Position numbers and translations under genes: made by a program. A DNA stretch of 49,675 nt from an uncultured Eubacteriales bacterium (GTDB lineage: Bacteria > Bacillota > Proteinivoracia > Proteinivoracales > Proteinivoracaceae): NCBI GenBank assembly GCA_964474005.1, contig CAYYRM010000001.1:1-49675 (forward strand). The letters run 5' to 3'. The notes below the pieces were generated by a model. That model saw only the letters and a list, made by a program, of their open reading frames with translations. It made no database searches and was not told the DNA's origin. Each line of letters opens with the position of its first letter. Position 1 is the stretch's first letter. Of the stretch, positions 1 to 11,557 are shown piece by piece.

Positions 1-4
1 TTTG

Positions 5-70
5 AGTAGTCAGCTGTCAGTAGTCAGTAGTCAGGAAAACCTGTCTTCTGTCTGCTGTCCGCTGTCCACT
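5..70. repeat. Two opposed heptamer arrays (AGTAGTC-like x4 and CTGTCNN x4) forming an imperfect hairpin around an AAAA loop
   Basis: agtagtc agctgtc agtagtc agtagtc agg aaaa c ctgtctt ctgtctg ctgtccg ctgtcca ct read directly; the arms pair with periodic mismatches. Confidence 0.8.
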
Positions 71-167
71 TAAATTCTGACTTAGACTTGCGTCCTGTCG
101 CTTTCGCGACTAATCACTTAAACTCATTCGCTAAGAATTTCTTCTTACCTTTATTACTGGCATGATG

Positions 168-187
168 CTGTTCAATTTTCAAAGAAC
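168..187 (-). promoter_or_regulatory. rRNA antitermination boxA and adjacent processing-stalk sequence
   Basis: Reverse complement reads GTTCTTTGAAAATTGAACAG, matching the Firmicute rrn leader boxA motif (TCTTTGAAAA). Confidence 0.85.
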
Positions 188-235
188 CCAAACGCGGTGT
201 TTTTTCCGCGTAAGCTCCGTTAGGAGTCGTTAAGA

Positions 236-277
236 CTGTTAGCTGTTAGCTGTTAGCTGTTAGCTGTTAGCTGTTAA
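236..277. repeat. Tandem heptamer repeat (CTGTTAG)x5 plus one CTGTTAA
   Basis: Read directly from the sequence. Confidence 0.95.
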
Positions 278-303
278 GCCATCGCCTCTTGGCGACAAAA
301 ACT

Positions 304-332
304 ATCTTATCATTTTTTATTCATGTTGTCAA
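304..332 (-). promoter_or_regulatory. rrn P2 sigma-A promoter
   Basis: On - strand TTGACA(332-327)-17 bp-TAAGAT(309-304) with TGn extension, AT-rich UP region, followed by GTCGCC. Confidence 0.85.
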
Positions 333-454
333 CACTTTTTTTAAAATTATTTTTTTCAAAAATGATTATTATATTTTTATTTATAAGTGTTGTCACTTTA
401 TTTTGCCCTGTTAAATAACTTTTATTTTGTTATTCCCATCAGGCGACAAAAGAT

Positions 455-483
455 ATCATACAATTAATTCACGCCTTGGTCAA
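455..483 (-). promoter_or_regulatory. rrn P1 sigma-A promoter
   Basis: On - strand TTGACC(483-478)-17 bp-TATGAT(460-455), followed by the same TTTTGTCGCC start region as P2. Confidence 0.8.
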
Positions 484-497
484 TGTTATTTTTTGTC

Positions 498-538
498 AAA
501 AAAAATCCAACACATAAAAATACCTACGTGTTGGATTT
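498..538 (-). terminator. Intrinsic terminator after the gyrB-gyrA-ablB unit
   Basis: Inverted repeat AAATCCAACAC...GTGTTGGATTT with a T-run on the - strand. Confidence 0.65.
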
Positions 539-546
539 AGTGTAGA

Positions 547-1452
547 TTATATATTCTTTACCCAAACATTCATGTCTTCAAACTTACCAAATATATTGCA
601 GTTATTGATAAGTCTACCTGTGTAAGTGTATTTGTGTTTTTTAAATACCATGTTCATACCAAAGGATAAAGATCTGGCGATGGAATACAGGCATTTAATC
701 CCCCTTGTTCCCATCTCTACTTCCAATGAGTCAATGATTATGGACATTAAACCATTTCCCCTTTCATCGGGGTGTGTTGCACAATCTGTAATTTCTGCAT
801 TTTTGTATTTATCATTTATATCAGCTGATGCCGATGAAACTATTTCATCTTTTTTGTTTGTTATAACTATAAAGTACACATCGCTATCCATTAGTTTTTC
901 CAGATATAGTGGTTGATTTAATGGTATTGGGTATGTTTCAAATACCCTATCATAAAGCTTAATCAATTGTGGTATATCATCTTTTGTTGCAGGCCTCACA
1001 TTATACCCCTCTGGAAGAGCTGGGATTTCCCCTTTAATTTCTTTAAATTTAGATATTTCCTCGATAATTTCGTTTTCTTTCTCAAATCCTTCACTTATTC
1101 TTCTATCTTTTTTAAAGAATTTAGCAAGGGAATATGCATTTTCTCCATTAAAGTAGTGTTTGAATATCCCTTCCAAAATATATCCATGGGTTAAAAATTT
1201 CTCCCAATCGTTTGGTTTTGCCTTTAAATAGACCTTACCAAAGTTATTTTTCTGGGCTAGATAATCTAACCTAGTTGTTAAGCCATCGATGTCTTCACCT
1301 TCATATTCTATTACTTGTACCCTTTGGTTATAGGTGTCTATAAATATTTTAGTGTAATAACCTTCTTCATCTATAACATAATCAAGGCCATAAATAGAAC
1401 CATGTATGGTGGTGGATGTATTTTTATCTAGGTAAATTTTAATTATCTTCAT
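547..1452 (-). CDS. ablB: Putative beta-lysine N-acetyltransferase (AblB/YodP family GNAT)
   Basis: 301 aa; motifs GYILEGIFKHYFNGE, VFETYPIPL, AEITDCATHPDERGNGLM, YSIARSLSFGMN, YTGRLINNCNIFGKFEDMNVWVK typical of AblB/YodP. Confidence 0.8.
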   Translation of the reverse strand: MKIIKIYLDKNTSTTIHGSIYGLDYVIDEEGYYTKIFIDTYNQRVQVIEYEGEDIDGLTTRLDYLAQKNNFGKVYLKAKPNDWEKFLTHGYILEGIFKHYFNGENAYSLAKFFKKDRRISEGFEKENEIIEEISKFKEIKGEIPALPEGYNVRPATKDDIPQLIKLYDRVFETYPIPLNQPLYLEKLMDSDVYFIVITNKKDEIVSSASADINDKYKNAEITDCATHPDERGNGLMSIIIDSLEVEMGTRGIKCLYSIARSLSFGMNMVFKKHKYTYTGRLINNCNIFGKFEDMNVWVKNI

Positions 1453-1479
1453 AAGTAAACACTTCCCTTTGAATAAATT

Positions 1480-3930
1480 CTACTCCTCTTCCCCTTCCTC
1501 TTCACTTTCTGATACAACCTTTGCCACAGCCACGACATAGTCGTCATCAGAAAGTCTTACTAATCTAACACCTTGAGTTGTTCTTCCAAAAACACCAATT
1601 TCACTAATGTTTTGTCTAACTATATAACCTTTATTAGAAATGACCATTATATCTTCACCTTCAGAAACAGTCCTTAAGGCCACCAATTCTCCATTTTTTT
1701 CTGTTAGGTTCATAATTTTAATACCTTTACCGCCTCTTGTCTGCTCCCTATACTCTTCTATACTGGTTCTTTTACCAAAACCTTTTTTAGTAACAGTAAG
1801 CAGGAATTCACCGTCCTTTGCTGTAACCATGTCAATTACACCATCATTGGGACCTAAGTTTATTCCCTTTACACCCCTGGCGGATCTACCCATTGTTCTT
1901 ACATCACTTTCATTGAATTTAACACCTTGACCATAATGACTTCCAACTAAAATTTTCTGTTTTCCATCAGTTAATCTAACGGATATTAATTCATCATCTT
2001 CTGGTAGAGTTATTGCTATTAAACCATTTTTTCTATTGGTATCAAACTCAATAAGGTCAGTTTTTTTAACATATCCTTGTTTGGTGGCAAAAAACAAGTT
2101 ATATCCTTCTGTAAATTCCTTAATAGGTATCACTGCTGCTATCTTTTCATCACTTTCTATGGGTAAGATGTTTACAATGGATGTTCCTCTGGCTTGTCTT
2201 CCACCTTCACTTATTTCGTACACTTTTTTTCTATATACCTTACCTTTATTTGTAAAGAAAAGAATATAATTATGTGATGATGTTATAAATAGATGTTCCA
2301 CAAAATCATCATTTTTATTGGATACTGCTGTTACTCCTCTTCCACCTCTTTTTTGTCTTTTATATGTGGATGAAGGTAGTCTCTTTATATAACCTTGATG
2401 TGTAATGGTAACAACCACATCTTCTTCAGCTATTAAGTCTTCGTATTCTATTTCTTCATCATCGATGGTTATTCTAGTTCTTCTTGGGTTATCATGTTTG
2501 GCTTTTATTTCGAGCAATTCTTCCTTTATTACTCCGTCAATTTTAGCCTGATCTGACAACAAATCTTTGTAGTACTGTATTTTAGCCAATAATTCTTTGT
2601 ATTCATCTTCTATCTTATCTCTTTCTAATCCCGTTAATCTTTGAAGCCTCATATCTAGTATTGCCTGAGCTTGTTTTTCAGATAACGAGAAATTATCCAT
2701 AAGGCCAATCTTAGCTTCCTGGGTGTTTTGAGATCCCCTTATGGTTTTAATAACCTCATCTATATTATCTAATGCTATGCGAAGTCCTTCTAAAATATGA
2801 GCCCTTGCTTCTGCTTTACCTAAATCATGCTTTGTTCTTCGGATAATTATTTCCCTTTGATGATTTAAATAGTTTACTAAAATTTCTTTTAAGTTTAGCA
2901 CTTTTGGTTGATTATCTACCAATGCAAGCATAATAATACCGAATGTTTGTTGTAGTTGGGTATGTTTAAGTAAAAGGTTTGTTATGTGTTCATGCTTAAC
3001 ATCTTTCCTTAATTCCATTACAACACGCATACCAGTTCTGTCAGACTCATCCCTTAAGTCAGTAATACCATCTATCTTTTTATCCCTAACAAGTTCAGCA
3101 ATCTTTTCTATTAAACGGGCTTTATTAACTTGATAGGGTAGTTCTGTTACTATTATCCGTGTCTTCCCATTACTCATACGCTCAGATTGTATTTCCGCTT
3201 GAACTTTAATTACACCGCGACCTGTTTTATATGCATTTTTAATTCCATCTTTTCCTTTTATAATTCCTGCTGTGGGAAAATCAGGTCCTTTAATATGTGT
3301 TAGTAAATCATTTATTGTAATATCAGGATTGTCAATTAAACTAATTGTCCCATCTATTACTTCCCCTAAATTATGAGGTGGAATATTTGTTGCCATACCT
3401 ACTGCTATACCTGAAGAACCGTTTACTAAAAGGTTTGGAAACCTAGAAGGTAACACCACTGGTTCTTTTAAAGTTTCATCAAAATTAAGTCTGTAGTCTA
3501 CAGTATCTTTTTCTATATCCTTAAGTAAAATATCTGTAAGCTTAGCCATCCTTACTTCTGTATAACGCATTGCCGCAGCTGAATCTCCATCTATAGAGCC
3601 AAAATTACCATGACCATCTAAAAGTGGATATCTGATTGAAAAATCTTGTGCCATCCTAACTAAAGCATCATAAACAGCAGTATCACCATGAGGATGATAT
3701 TTACCCAATACTTCCCCCACAACTCTGGCACACTTTTTGTGAGGCTTGTCGTGGGTAAAGCCCAGTTCATGCATAGCATATAAAATTCTCCTGTGTACAG
3801 GTTTCAATCCATCTCTAACATCAGGAAGTGCTCTACCAACTATTACACTCATGGCATAATCAAGGTAAGACTGCCTCATTTCACTATTTAAATCAATAGG
3901 AACAATTTTTCCATGGGTAAATTCACTCAT
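1480..3930 (-). CDS. gyrA: DNA gyrase subunit A
   Basis: [18 protein letters not shown] catalytic Tyr, GyrA-box QKRGGRG, C-terminal pinwheel repeats. Confidence 0.99.
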   Translation of the reverse strand: MSEFTHGKIVPIDLNSEMRQSYLDYAMSVIVGRALPDVRDGLKPVHRRILYAMHELGFTHDKPHKKCARVVGEVLGKYHPHGDTAVYDALVRMAQDFSIRYPLLDGHGNFGSIDGDSAAAMRYTEVRMAKLTDILLKDIEKDTVDYRLNFDETLKEPVVLPSRFPNLLVNGSSGIAVGMATNIPPHNLGEVIDGTISLIDNPDITINDLLTHIKGPDFPTAGIIKGKDGIKNAYKTGRGVIKVQAEIQSERMSNGKTRIIVTELPYQVNKARLIEKIAELVRDKKIDGITDLRDESDRTGMRVVMELRKDVKHEHITNLLLKHTQLQQTFGIIMLALVDNQPKVLNLKEILVNYLNHQREIIIRRTKHDLGKAEARAHILEGLRIALDNIDEVIKTIRGSQNTQEAKIGLMDNFSLSEKQAQAILDMRLQRLTGLERDKIEDEYKELLAKIQYYKDLLSDQAKIDGVIKEELLEIKAKHDNPRRTRITIDDEEIEYEDLIAEEDVVVTITHQGYIKRLPSSTYKRQKRGGRGVTAVSNKNDDFVEHLFITSSHNYILFFTNKGKVYRKKVYEISEGGRQARGTSIVNILPIESDEKIAAVIPIKEFTEGYNLFFATKQGYVKKTDLIEFDTNRKNGLIAITLPEDDELISVRLTDGKQKILVGSHYGQGVKFNESDVRTMGRSARGVKGINLGPNDGVIDMVTAKDGEFLLTVTKKGFGKRTSIEEYREQTRGGKGIKIMNLTEKNGELVALRTVSEGEDIMVISNKGYIVRQNISEIGVFGRTTQGVRLVRLSDDDYVVAVAKVVSESEEEGEEE

Positions 3931-3963
3931 TTTATTGTTTCACCTCTTCTAAACTCATATGAA

Positions 3964-5916
<1,953 letters not shown>

Positions 5917-5941
5917 TTATACTCATATTTTTCCACTTTAA

Positions 5942-5969
5942 ATTATACTTCAAAAATAATTTATGTCAA
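5942..5969 (-). promoter_or_regulatory. gyrB sigma-A promoter, consensus hexamers with 16-bp spacer
   Basis: On - strand TTGACA(5969-5964)-16 bp-TATAAT(5947-5942). Confidence 0.8.
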
Positions 5970-5980
5970 AATACAACTAG

Positions 5981-6004
5981 AAAAGCAGTCTACGGACTGC
6001 TTTT
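5981..6004. terminator. Intrinsic terminator after remB
   Basis: AAAAGCAGTC-tacg-GACTGCTTTT hairpin. Confidence 0.75.
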
Positions 6005-6037
6005 AATTCGTCATTAGCAAAGTTATAAATAAATATA

Positions 6038-6292
6038 TTATTCGTTGATGTTAAAGTCACTTTTTGATCTCTTTTTTAAAGTTGAAACTGCAATTGGCGA
6101 AAAGTAAACTTCCCTTTCAGTTACAATAAAAGACTTGCTTTGACTGTCTTTATCAACATACACAATAAAATCTTCTTCTTTACAGGTCCTTAAATATTCA
6201 CTTGTAATTTTACTTTCGTTAGAAGAAAAATCGAAAATTCCAATAATTTTTTTTATAGGGATAACCATATTCCCCCCAATGTGTAAAAACAT
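6038..6292 (-). CDS. remB: Extracellular matrix regulator RemB / DUF370 (YaaB)
   Basis: MFLHIGG...KSFIVT...VYFSPIAVSTLKKR; conserved position between recF and gyrB. Confidence 0.9.
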   Translation of the reverse strand: MFLHIGGNMVIPIKKIIGIFDFSSNESKITSEYLRTCKEEDFIVYVDKDSQSKSFIVTEREVYFSPIAVSTLKKRSKSDFNINE

Positions 6293-6315
6293 ATAAACAC
6301 CTCATTATAAAATCT

Positions 6316-7422
6316 TTATGATATTACTCCTTCTTTTATGGTGTATATCTTACCTATACTTGCTAGGTAATCGTCATTATCTGTTGTTGTTATGAAGGTT
6401 TGGATTTTATCTTTAATATTTTTAATTAAAAAATTTCTCCTATGTTCATCCAGTTCTGACAGAACGTCGTCTAATAATAACACTGGATAACTCCCTTTGT
6501 GAGACATGAAAAGTTCTAATTCTGCAAGTTTCAGTGAAAGTACTAAAGTTCGTTGTTGTCCTTGGGAACAGTATTTTTTAGCATTTTTGCCATTGATTTG
6601 GAAAATTAAATCATCCCTATGTGGTCCAATTGAAGTAACTTTTGTTAACAAATCTCTTTCTTTATTTTCGCCATACATCTTTAAAATAATATTTTTAATG
6701 GATTCCTTAGTTAATTTTAATAAATCCTTTTCCGTCATACCATTTAAAGAAGAATAGTTAATTATGAGATTTTCTTCATTGTTTGTTAACTTTCTATGGG
6801 TTAGAGAAGCTAATATTTTTACTTTTTCTAATACTTCAACCCTTTTTTTAATTATTTCAGCTGCTAAACTAGCCATTTGAATATCAAAAACATCCAGTGT
6901 TTTTATCAAATCCTGTTTATTAGACTTTAAAATCTTATTTCTAGAAAAAAGAAGTTTACCATAATCATATAGATACTTAGAATGAACGGGAAAGAGTTGA
7001 CTTATTTCTTGATCAATAAAATCCCTTCTTAAATTGGGACCTCCTTTAACTAGTAACAGATCTTCTGGTGTAAAAATAACAACATTAAATATTCCCAATA
7101 GGTCTGTGAAATTTTTCTTTTCAACACTGTTAATTTTTATTATCTTTTTGTTTTCTCTACTATAACCAATTTCGATTTTGGTACTTCTATTTTTTTCAAC
7201 AACATTCCCCTTTATATAGAAATGTTGTTTATCCCAGTTTACAAGGTCTTCCTTTTGGTAGTTCCGAAGGGATTTTCCTAGAGCTAAAAAGTAAATAGCT
7301 TCCAAAAGATTTGTTTTACCCTGTGCATTATTCCCTATAAAAATATTAATATTATTTTTAAATTCTATATTTAGCTCTTTATAATTTCTGAAATTGTTAA
7401 TGCTAATCCCGTCTAAGTACAA
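6316..7422 (-). CDS. recF: DNA replication/repair protein RecF (likely TTG start at 7422; ORF extends to 7437)
   Basis: NFRNY, GNNAQGKTNLLEAIY Walker A, GPHRDD, SQGQQR, LLLDDVLSELD. Confidence 0.97.
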   Translation of the reverse strand: MYLDGISINNFRNYKELNIEFKNNINIFIGNNAQGKTNLLEAIYFLALGKSLRNYQKEDLVNWDKQHFYIKGNVVEKNRSTKIEIGYSRENKKIIKINSVEKKNFTDLLGIFNVVIFTPEDLLLVKGGPNLRRDFIDQEISQLFPVHSKYLYDYGKLLFSRNKILKSNKQDLIKTLDVFDIQMASLAAEIIKKRVEVLEKVKILASLTHRKLTNNEENLIINYSSLNGMTEKDLLKLTKESIKNIILKMYGENKERDLLTKVTSIGPHRDDLIFQINGKNAKKYCSQGQQRTLVLSLKLAELELFMSHKGSYPVLLLDDVLSELDEHRRNFLIKNIKDKIQTFITTTDNDDYLASIGKIYTIKEGVIS

Positions 7423-7439
7423 ATTACCAACTCCCAATA

Positions 7440-7649
7440 TCAGACAATGGTATATTCACCATGGTCTTCTATATTAATCATGTCATTGGGATACAGTTTT
7501 CTCCCTCTCCTAATTTCAATTTCATTATTTACCTTAACTATACCTGATAAAATAATTTCTTTGGCTTCACCGCCACTACTTACCATATCTATCAGTTTTA
7601 AAAATTGTTGTAATTGGATATATTCCGTCTGAATTTTAATCTTTTCCAT
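7440..7649 (-). CDS. yaaA: S4-domain RNA-binding protein YaaA
   Basis: EYIQLQQFLK...SGGEAK...VKVNNEIEIRRGRKL; located between dnaN and recF. Confidence 0.93.
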   Translation of the reverse strand: MEKIKIQTEYIQLQQFLKLIDMVSSGGEAKEIILSGIVKVNNEIEIRRGRKLYPNDMINIEDHGEYTIV

Positions 7650-7660
7650 AATAATCGCTC

Positions 7661-8770
7661 CTAAGCGGTTCTTATTGGTAATACTAAGTAAAGAAAGTTA
7701 TCTCCAATTTCTGGTTTGATAACACAGGGATTAAAAGCACCAGAAAACTCCATGGTTATTTGTGGAGAGTCAATTATTTTTAAACAATCTGTAATTAATT
7801 TAGCATTAAATGAAATGGATAAATCTTCTCCGTTTTTATCTAAGGGAATGTTTTCATTAGAACTACCTAAATTAGGATTATTAGATTGAATGTTAAGTTT
7901 AGTATCATCTATTGTTAATTTAACTAGACTACGGGTTCCCTCTCTAGAAAGTAGTTCTGCCCTTTCTATTGCATTTAATAAATCTTTTGTTACAACTTTA
8001 ACTTTAGTTTTATTATCTTTAGGTATAATTTGCTCATATGGAGGGTATTTACCTTCGATAACCCTAGTACTAAAAGTGATACTATCAAAAACAAAAAAGA
8101 TAATATTGTTATTAACATATATATCAATATTTTTATCGTTATCTTCTACTAAAATTCTTTGCAATTCATTTACGGCTTTTCCAGGAACTACAATTTTGGT
8201 TTCTTGCTCAATCTCATCACTTATAATTCCAATTCTATAAGACAATCTATGCCCATCTGTGGCCACCATATTAAATGTATTATTTTTAAGTTCAAACAAT
8301 ACCCCTGTCAATACAGGTCTTATTTCTTCTGTAGCAATTGAAATAACTGTTTGTTTAATCATGCTTTTAAATATATTTTCATTTATACTAATATGTTTTT
8401 TTTCAGGAATTTTTGGAAACTCGGGGAATTCATTACTATTTTGTCCCGTCAATTGAATATTAACAGAGCTAGATTTAATATAAACTATTTTTTCTTCGTT
8501 GGTTAAAATATGAACTTCACCTTTGGGAAGCTTTCTAACTATATCACTAAACAACTTTGCTTGTAAAATTATCTCCCCGTCAGAAACACCTTTTACTTCT
8601 AATGTATGTTCAATGGCAATTTCGAGATCTGTGGCCTTAACCATTAACCTGTCACCTTTTAAAATTAGTAAAACACCAGACAAAATTGGTATTGTTGTTT
8701 TGGATGATATACCCCTTTGGGTTACGGAGATGGCTGTAAGTAAGTCTTCTTGGGAACAAAAAAATTCCAT
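7661..8770 (-). CDS. dnaN: DNA polymerase III beta clamp
   Basis: ATDLE, RPVLTGV, VATDGHRL, C-terminal LVLPIR; immediately downstream of dnaA. Confidence 0.99.
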   Translation of the reverse strand: MEFFCSQEDLLTAISVTQRGISSKTTIPILSGVLLILKGDRLMVKATDLEIAIEHTLEVKGVSDGEIILQAKLFSDIVRKLPKGEVHILTNEEKIVYIKSSSVNIQLTGQNSNEFPEFPKIPEKKHISINENIFKSMIKQTVISIATEEIRPVLTGVLFELKNNTFNMVATDGHRLSYRIGIISDEIEQETKIVVPGKAVNELQRILVEDNDKNIDIYVNNNIIFFVFDSITFSTRVIEGKYPPYEQIIPKDNKTKVKVVTKDLLNAIERAELLSREGTRSLVKLTIDDTKLNIQSNNPNLGSSNENIPLDKNGEDLSISFNAKLITDCLKIIDSPQITMEFSGAFNPCVIKPEIGDNFLYLVLPIRTA

Positions 8771-8789
8771 GAATATTTCCCCCTTATTT

Positions 8790-8933
8790 TTAATATATAT
8801 ATAAGTTAATTAATAGTAGTATTAATAATAGCTGTGAATATGTTTATAAGCCCTATAACTCTTTATCTATCAGAGCATTGAAGTATTTAATATCAGTGTG
8901 GATAGTACAAAAAAGTATTCACATTTATCCACA
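8790..8933. other. oriC unwinding subregion between dnaA and dnaN: AT-rich DUE, DnaA-trio-like tract and DnaA boxes
   Basis: TTATCCACA 8925-8933, GTATTCACA 8915-8923, TGTGGATAG 8897-8905, TGTGAATAT 8833-8841; adjacent triplet tract TAA TAG TAG TAT TAA TAA TAG at 8811-8831. Confidence 0.88.
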
Positions 8934-8952
8934 GAAGCTACTTCATAGATGC

Positions 8953-10302
8953 TTAGTTACTTTTTATTTTTTTTATTATATTCTGTATCTCTAAGTTAAA
9001 GTTTTTATTTATATCAATATCCTTTTTTACTTTATCATGGGCATGTAAAACTGTTGTATGGTCCCGACCACCAAAACTCTCACCTATTTTTGGTAGTGAA
9101 TTATCCGTTAATTCTCTACATAAATACATTGCTATTTGTCTAGGATGAGCCACAGCCCTTGTCCTTTTTTTAGCTTTAAAATCATCCAATTTTAGTTGAA
9201 AGTGTTCGGAAACCACCTGTTGAATTTTTTCTATTGTTATAATGTCAGACTTTGCTTCTGGAAGTATGTCCTTTAAGGCCTGTTGTGCCAATTCAACGGA
9301 TATCTCTTGGCCAGTCATTGAACTATAAGCTATTACCCTAGTTAATGCTCCCTCAAGTTCCCTAATATTTGTAGCCACTTTATTTGCTATAAAAACAAAA
9401 ACTGAATTGGGAATATCTAATTTTTCCAGGTCTGCTTTCTTCCTTAATATGGCTTCCCTTGTTTCAAGATCAGGAGATTGAATATCTGTAATTAGTCCCC
9501 ACTCAAACCTTGATCTTAGCCTATCCTCCAATGTGGGTATTTCTTTTGGGGGCCTATCACTTGAAATAATAATTTGTTTATTATTTTCATGAAGTGTATT
9601 AAAGGTATGAAAGAATTCTTCTTGGGTCTGCTCTTTTCCCGCTAAAAATTGAATATCATCTATAAGTAAAACATCAACAGTTCGATATCTGTTTCTAAAT
9701 TCAACAGTTTTATTATCTCTAATAGCATTAATAAACTCATTTGTAAATTTTTCTGTTGAGATATATACCACTTTACCTTGTGTGTTTTGATCTAATACAT
9801 AATGCCCTATGGCATTCATAAGATGTGTCTTACCTAGTCCTACACCACCATAAATAAACAGTGGGTTATATGCCTTTGCAGGAGCTTCAGCCACTGCCAA
9901 TGAAGCAGCATGGGCAAACCTATTACTATTTCCTATAACAAAGGTTTCAAAGGTATATTTAGGGTTCAGTTGAGTGCTTATAAGGTCGTCATTATTTTTC
10001 TCTTGAACTGAGAACTTCTTTTTAGGTTGTTGTATATTGATTGGGTTATCTTGAGGAACAACAAAATTTACTTCGTAATCTTCAGAAGTCATTTGTTTTA
10101 GGATTTCCCTAATTAACAGTGAGTATCGATTTTCCAACCACTCTTTAGTGAAATCATTTGGTACACCTACTATAATAGTAGAATCATACATGGTAATTGG
10201 AGTTGTACCTTGTAACCACGTCTCAAAACTTGGTTTACTAAGTTTTTTTTCTAAGTGTTTAAGAACTTCAGTCCAAAGATTATTTAAGAATGCACTCATC
10301 AA
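8953..10302 (-). CDS. dnaA: Chromosomal replication initiator DnaA
   Basis: [46 protein letters not shown]. Confidence 0.99.
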   Translation of the reverse strand: MMSAFLNNLWTEVLKHLEKKLSKPSFETWLQGTTPITMYDSTIIVGVPNDFTKEWLENRYSLLIREILKQMTSEDYEVNFVVPQDNPINIQQPKKKFSVQEKNNDDLISTQLNPKYTFETFVIGNSNRFAHAASLAVAEAPAKAYNPLFIYGGVGLGKTHLMNAIGHYVLDQNTQGKVVYISTEKFTNEFINAIRDNKTVEFRNRYRTVDVLLIDDIQFLAGKEQTQEEFFHTFNTLHENNKQIIISSDRPPKEIPTLEDRLRSRFEWGLITDIQSPDLETREAILRKKADLEKLDIPNSVFVFIANKVATNIRELEGALTRVIAYSSMTGQEISVELAQQALKDILPEAKSDIITIEKIQQVVSEHFQLKLDDFKAKKRTRAVAHPRQIAMYLCRELTDNSLPKIGESFGGRDHTTVLHAHDKVKKDIDINKNFNLEIQNIIKKIKSN

Positions 10303-10355
10303 TGAAACCTCCTAATTTTAAAGCTATAATAATTTATTAAAAAAATACTTTGGTA

Positions 10356-10727
10356 TGTGGAAAAATGTAAGTGGATAAAAGAAAAAATAAAAATTATCCA
10401 CACAACTATAATGAATAAAGTATAACCAGTTGTTAATTGTGAATAATTATATGTAGAGATATTAACATCTTTTGTTATGTATCCACAGACAAAGGTAAAG
10501 AAAAAACATTTATTTTACAGAAAACAAACAATGTTTTCCACATAATTAACAAAAGAGGATAAAATGTACTTATCCACAAAGTTATTCACAACCTGTTGAT
10601 AAGTAAATCTGTGGATAAATTAAACTAGCATTAACAGTTTATCAAATTAATCCACAATCTGCAATATTTAAAACCATATTTATCCCCAGAATAGATATGT
10701 TTTTGGGGATAAGTGTAATTATCCACA
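10356..10727. other. oriC DnaA-box cluster upstream of dnaA (second half of bipartite origin)
   Basis: Consensus TTWTNCACA boxes at 10356(rev), 10394, 10438(rev), 10534, 10570, 10582, 10610(rev), 10719, plus near-matches at 10370, 10479, 10594, 10648, 10680, 10703; gene orientation switches here. Confidence 0.93.
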
Positions 10728-10730
10728 ATC

Positions 10731-10760
10731 TTGACATATGATATTATTTTACTGTATAAT
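10731..10760 (+). promoter_or_regulatory. rpmH operon sigma-A promoter
   Basis: TTGACA-18 bp-TATAAT, abutting the DnaA box at 10719-10727. Confidence 0.75.
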
Positions 10761-10795
10761 ATCTGTTAGTGTAATTAAGGGGGTGGAACAATAAA

Positions 10796-10930
10796 ATGAA
10801 AAGAACATACCAACCCAAAGTGAGAAGACGTAAATCAAATCATGGGTTCATGTCAAGGATGAGCACTAAAGCTGGTCGTAATGTATTAAAGCGCCGTCGT
10901 CAAAAGGGTAGAAAAAGATTAAGTGCATAA
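10796..10930 (+). CDS. rpmH: 50S ribosomal protein L34 (absent from ORF track, 44 aa)
   Basis: Manual translation [44 protein letters not shown]. Confidence 0.98.
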   Translation: MKRTYQPKVRRRKSNHGFMSRMSTKAGRNVLKRRRQKGRKRLSA

Positions 10931-10980
10931 GGCTGCTTTTTAGTGGCCTTTTTGTGCATTTTATAACGGAGCTGAAAAAA

Positions 10981-11325
10981 ATGTGTAATAGCTTTCTACC
11001 ATTAAAGAAAAATAATGAGTTTAGATCCATATATGGTTTTGGAAAGTCTGTTTCAACCAAAATAATAGTAATTTACTACAAACCCGCTGAATCCATAGGG
11101 AAAGTTGGTTTTGTGGTTAGTAAAAAGGTTGGAAAGGCCACCATTAGAAATAAATATAAAAGGATAATGAAAGAAGCTTTTAGAAATTCAACTCTGAAAA
11201 TTGACAATAGTTTGGATTTAATAATTCTTGCAAGGCCTGCCATAGTTGAATCTGATTATAGTCAGATTCAAAGAGATATAAAATATCTTACAAAAAGAAT
11301 AAACAAAATATTGTCTGGTGATTAA
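10981..11325 (+). CDS. rnpA: Ribonuclease P protein component
   Basis: LKKNNEF, VGFVVSKKVGKATIRNKYKRIMKE; follows rpmH; ATG 10981 has GGAG upstream. Confidence 0.95.
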   Translation: MCNSFLPLKKNNEFRSIYGFGKSVSTKIIVIYYKPAESIGKVGFVVSKKVGKATIRNKYKRIMKEAFRNSTLKIDNSLDLIILARPAIVESDYSQIQRDIKYLTKRINKILSGD

Positions 11326-11327
11326 AA

Positions 11328-11537
11328 ATGAATAAACTTATGATAATAATACTTAATTTCTATCAAAAGAGTATTTCCCCTTTAAAGGGAGCAACATGTA
11401 GATTTAACCCTACCTGTTCTGAGTATTCAAAACAAGCTTTTTCTAAATACTCTTTTATTAAGGCGTTTATTTTAACTGTAAAAAGAATATCAAAATGCCA
11501 TCCTTTCCACGAAGGTGGCTATGATCCGTTACAGTAA
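11328..11537 (+). CDS. yidD: Membrane protein insertion efficiency factor YidD
   Basis: YQKSISP...CRFNPTCSEY...RISKCHPFHEGGYDP. Confidence 0.95.
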   Translation: MNKLMIIILNFYQKSISPLKGATCRFNPTCSEYSKQAFSKYSFIKAFILTVKRISKCHPFHEGGYDPLQ

Positions 11538-11557
11538 GTTATAAAAGGGGGATAAAA

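Larger units (their letters stand above)
1..297 (-). other. 5' leader of a probable rRNA operon (16S gene itself lies beyond the left edge)
   Basis: Downstream of two tandem sigma-A promoters each followed by GTCGCC; contains boxA; position downstream of gyrA matches the Firmicute rrnO-type locus. No mature 16S sequence is inside the window. Confidence 0.8.

Noticed and set aside
1-120. Mature 16S rRNA gene
   Set aside because: The conserved 16S 5' motif (AGAGTTTGATCCTGGCTCAG on the - strand) is not in the window; only the leader is supported.
236-277. Possible CRISPR array
   Set aside because: 7-bp head-to-tail units with no spacers, and no cas genes in the window.
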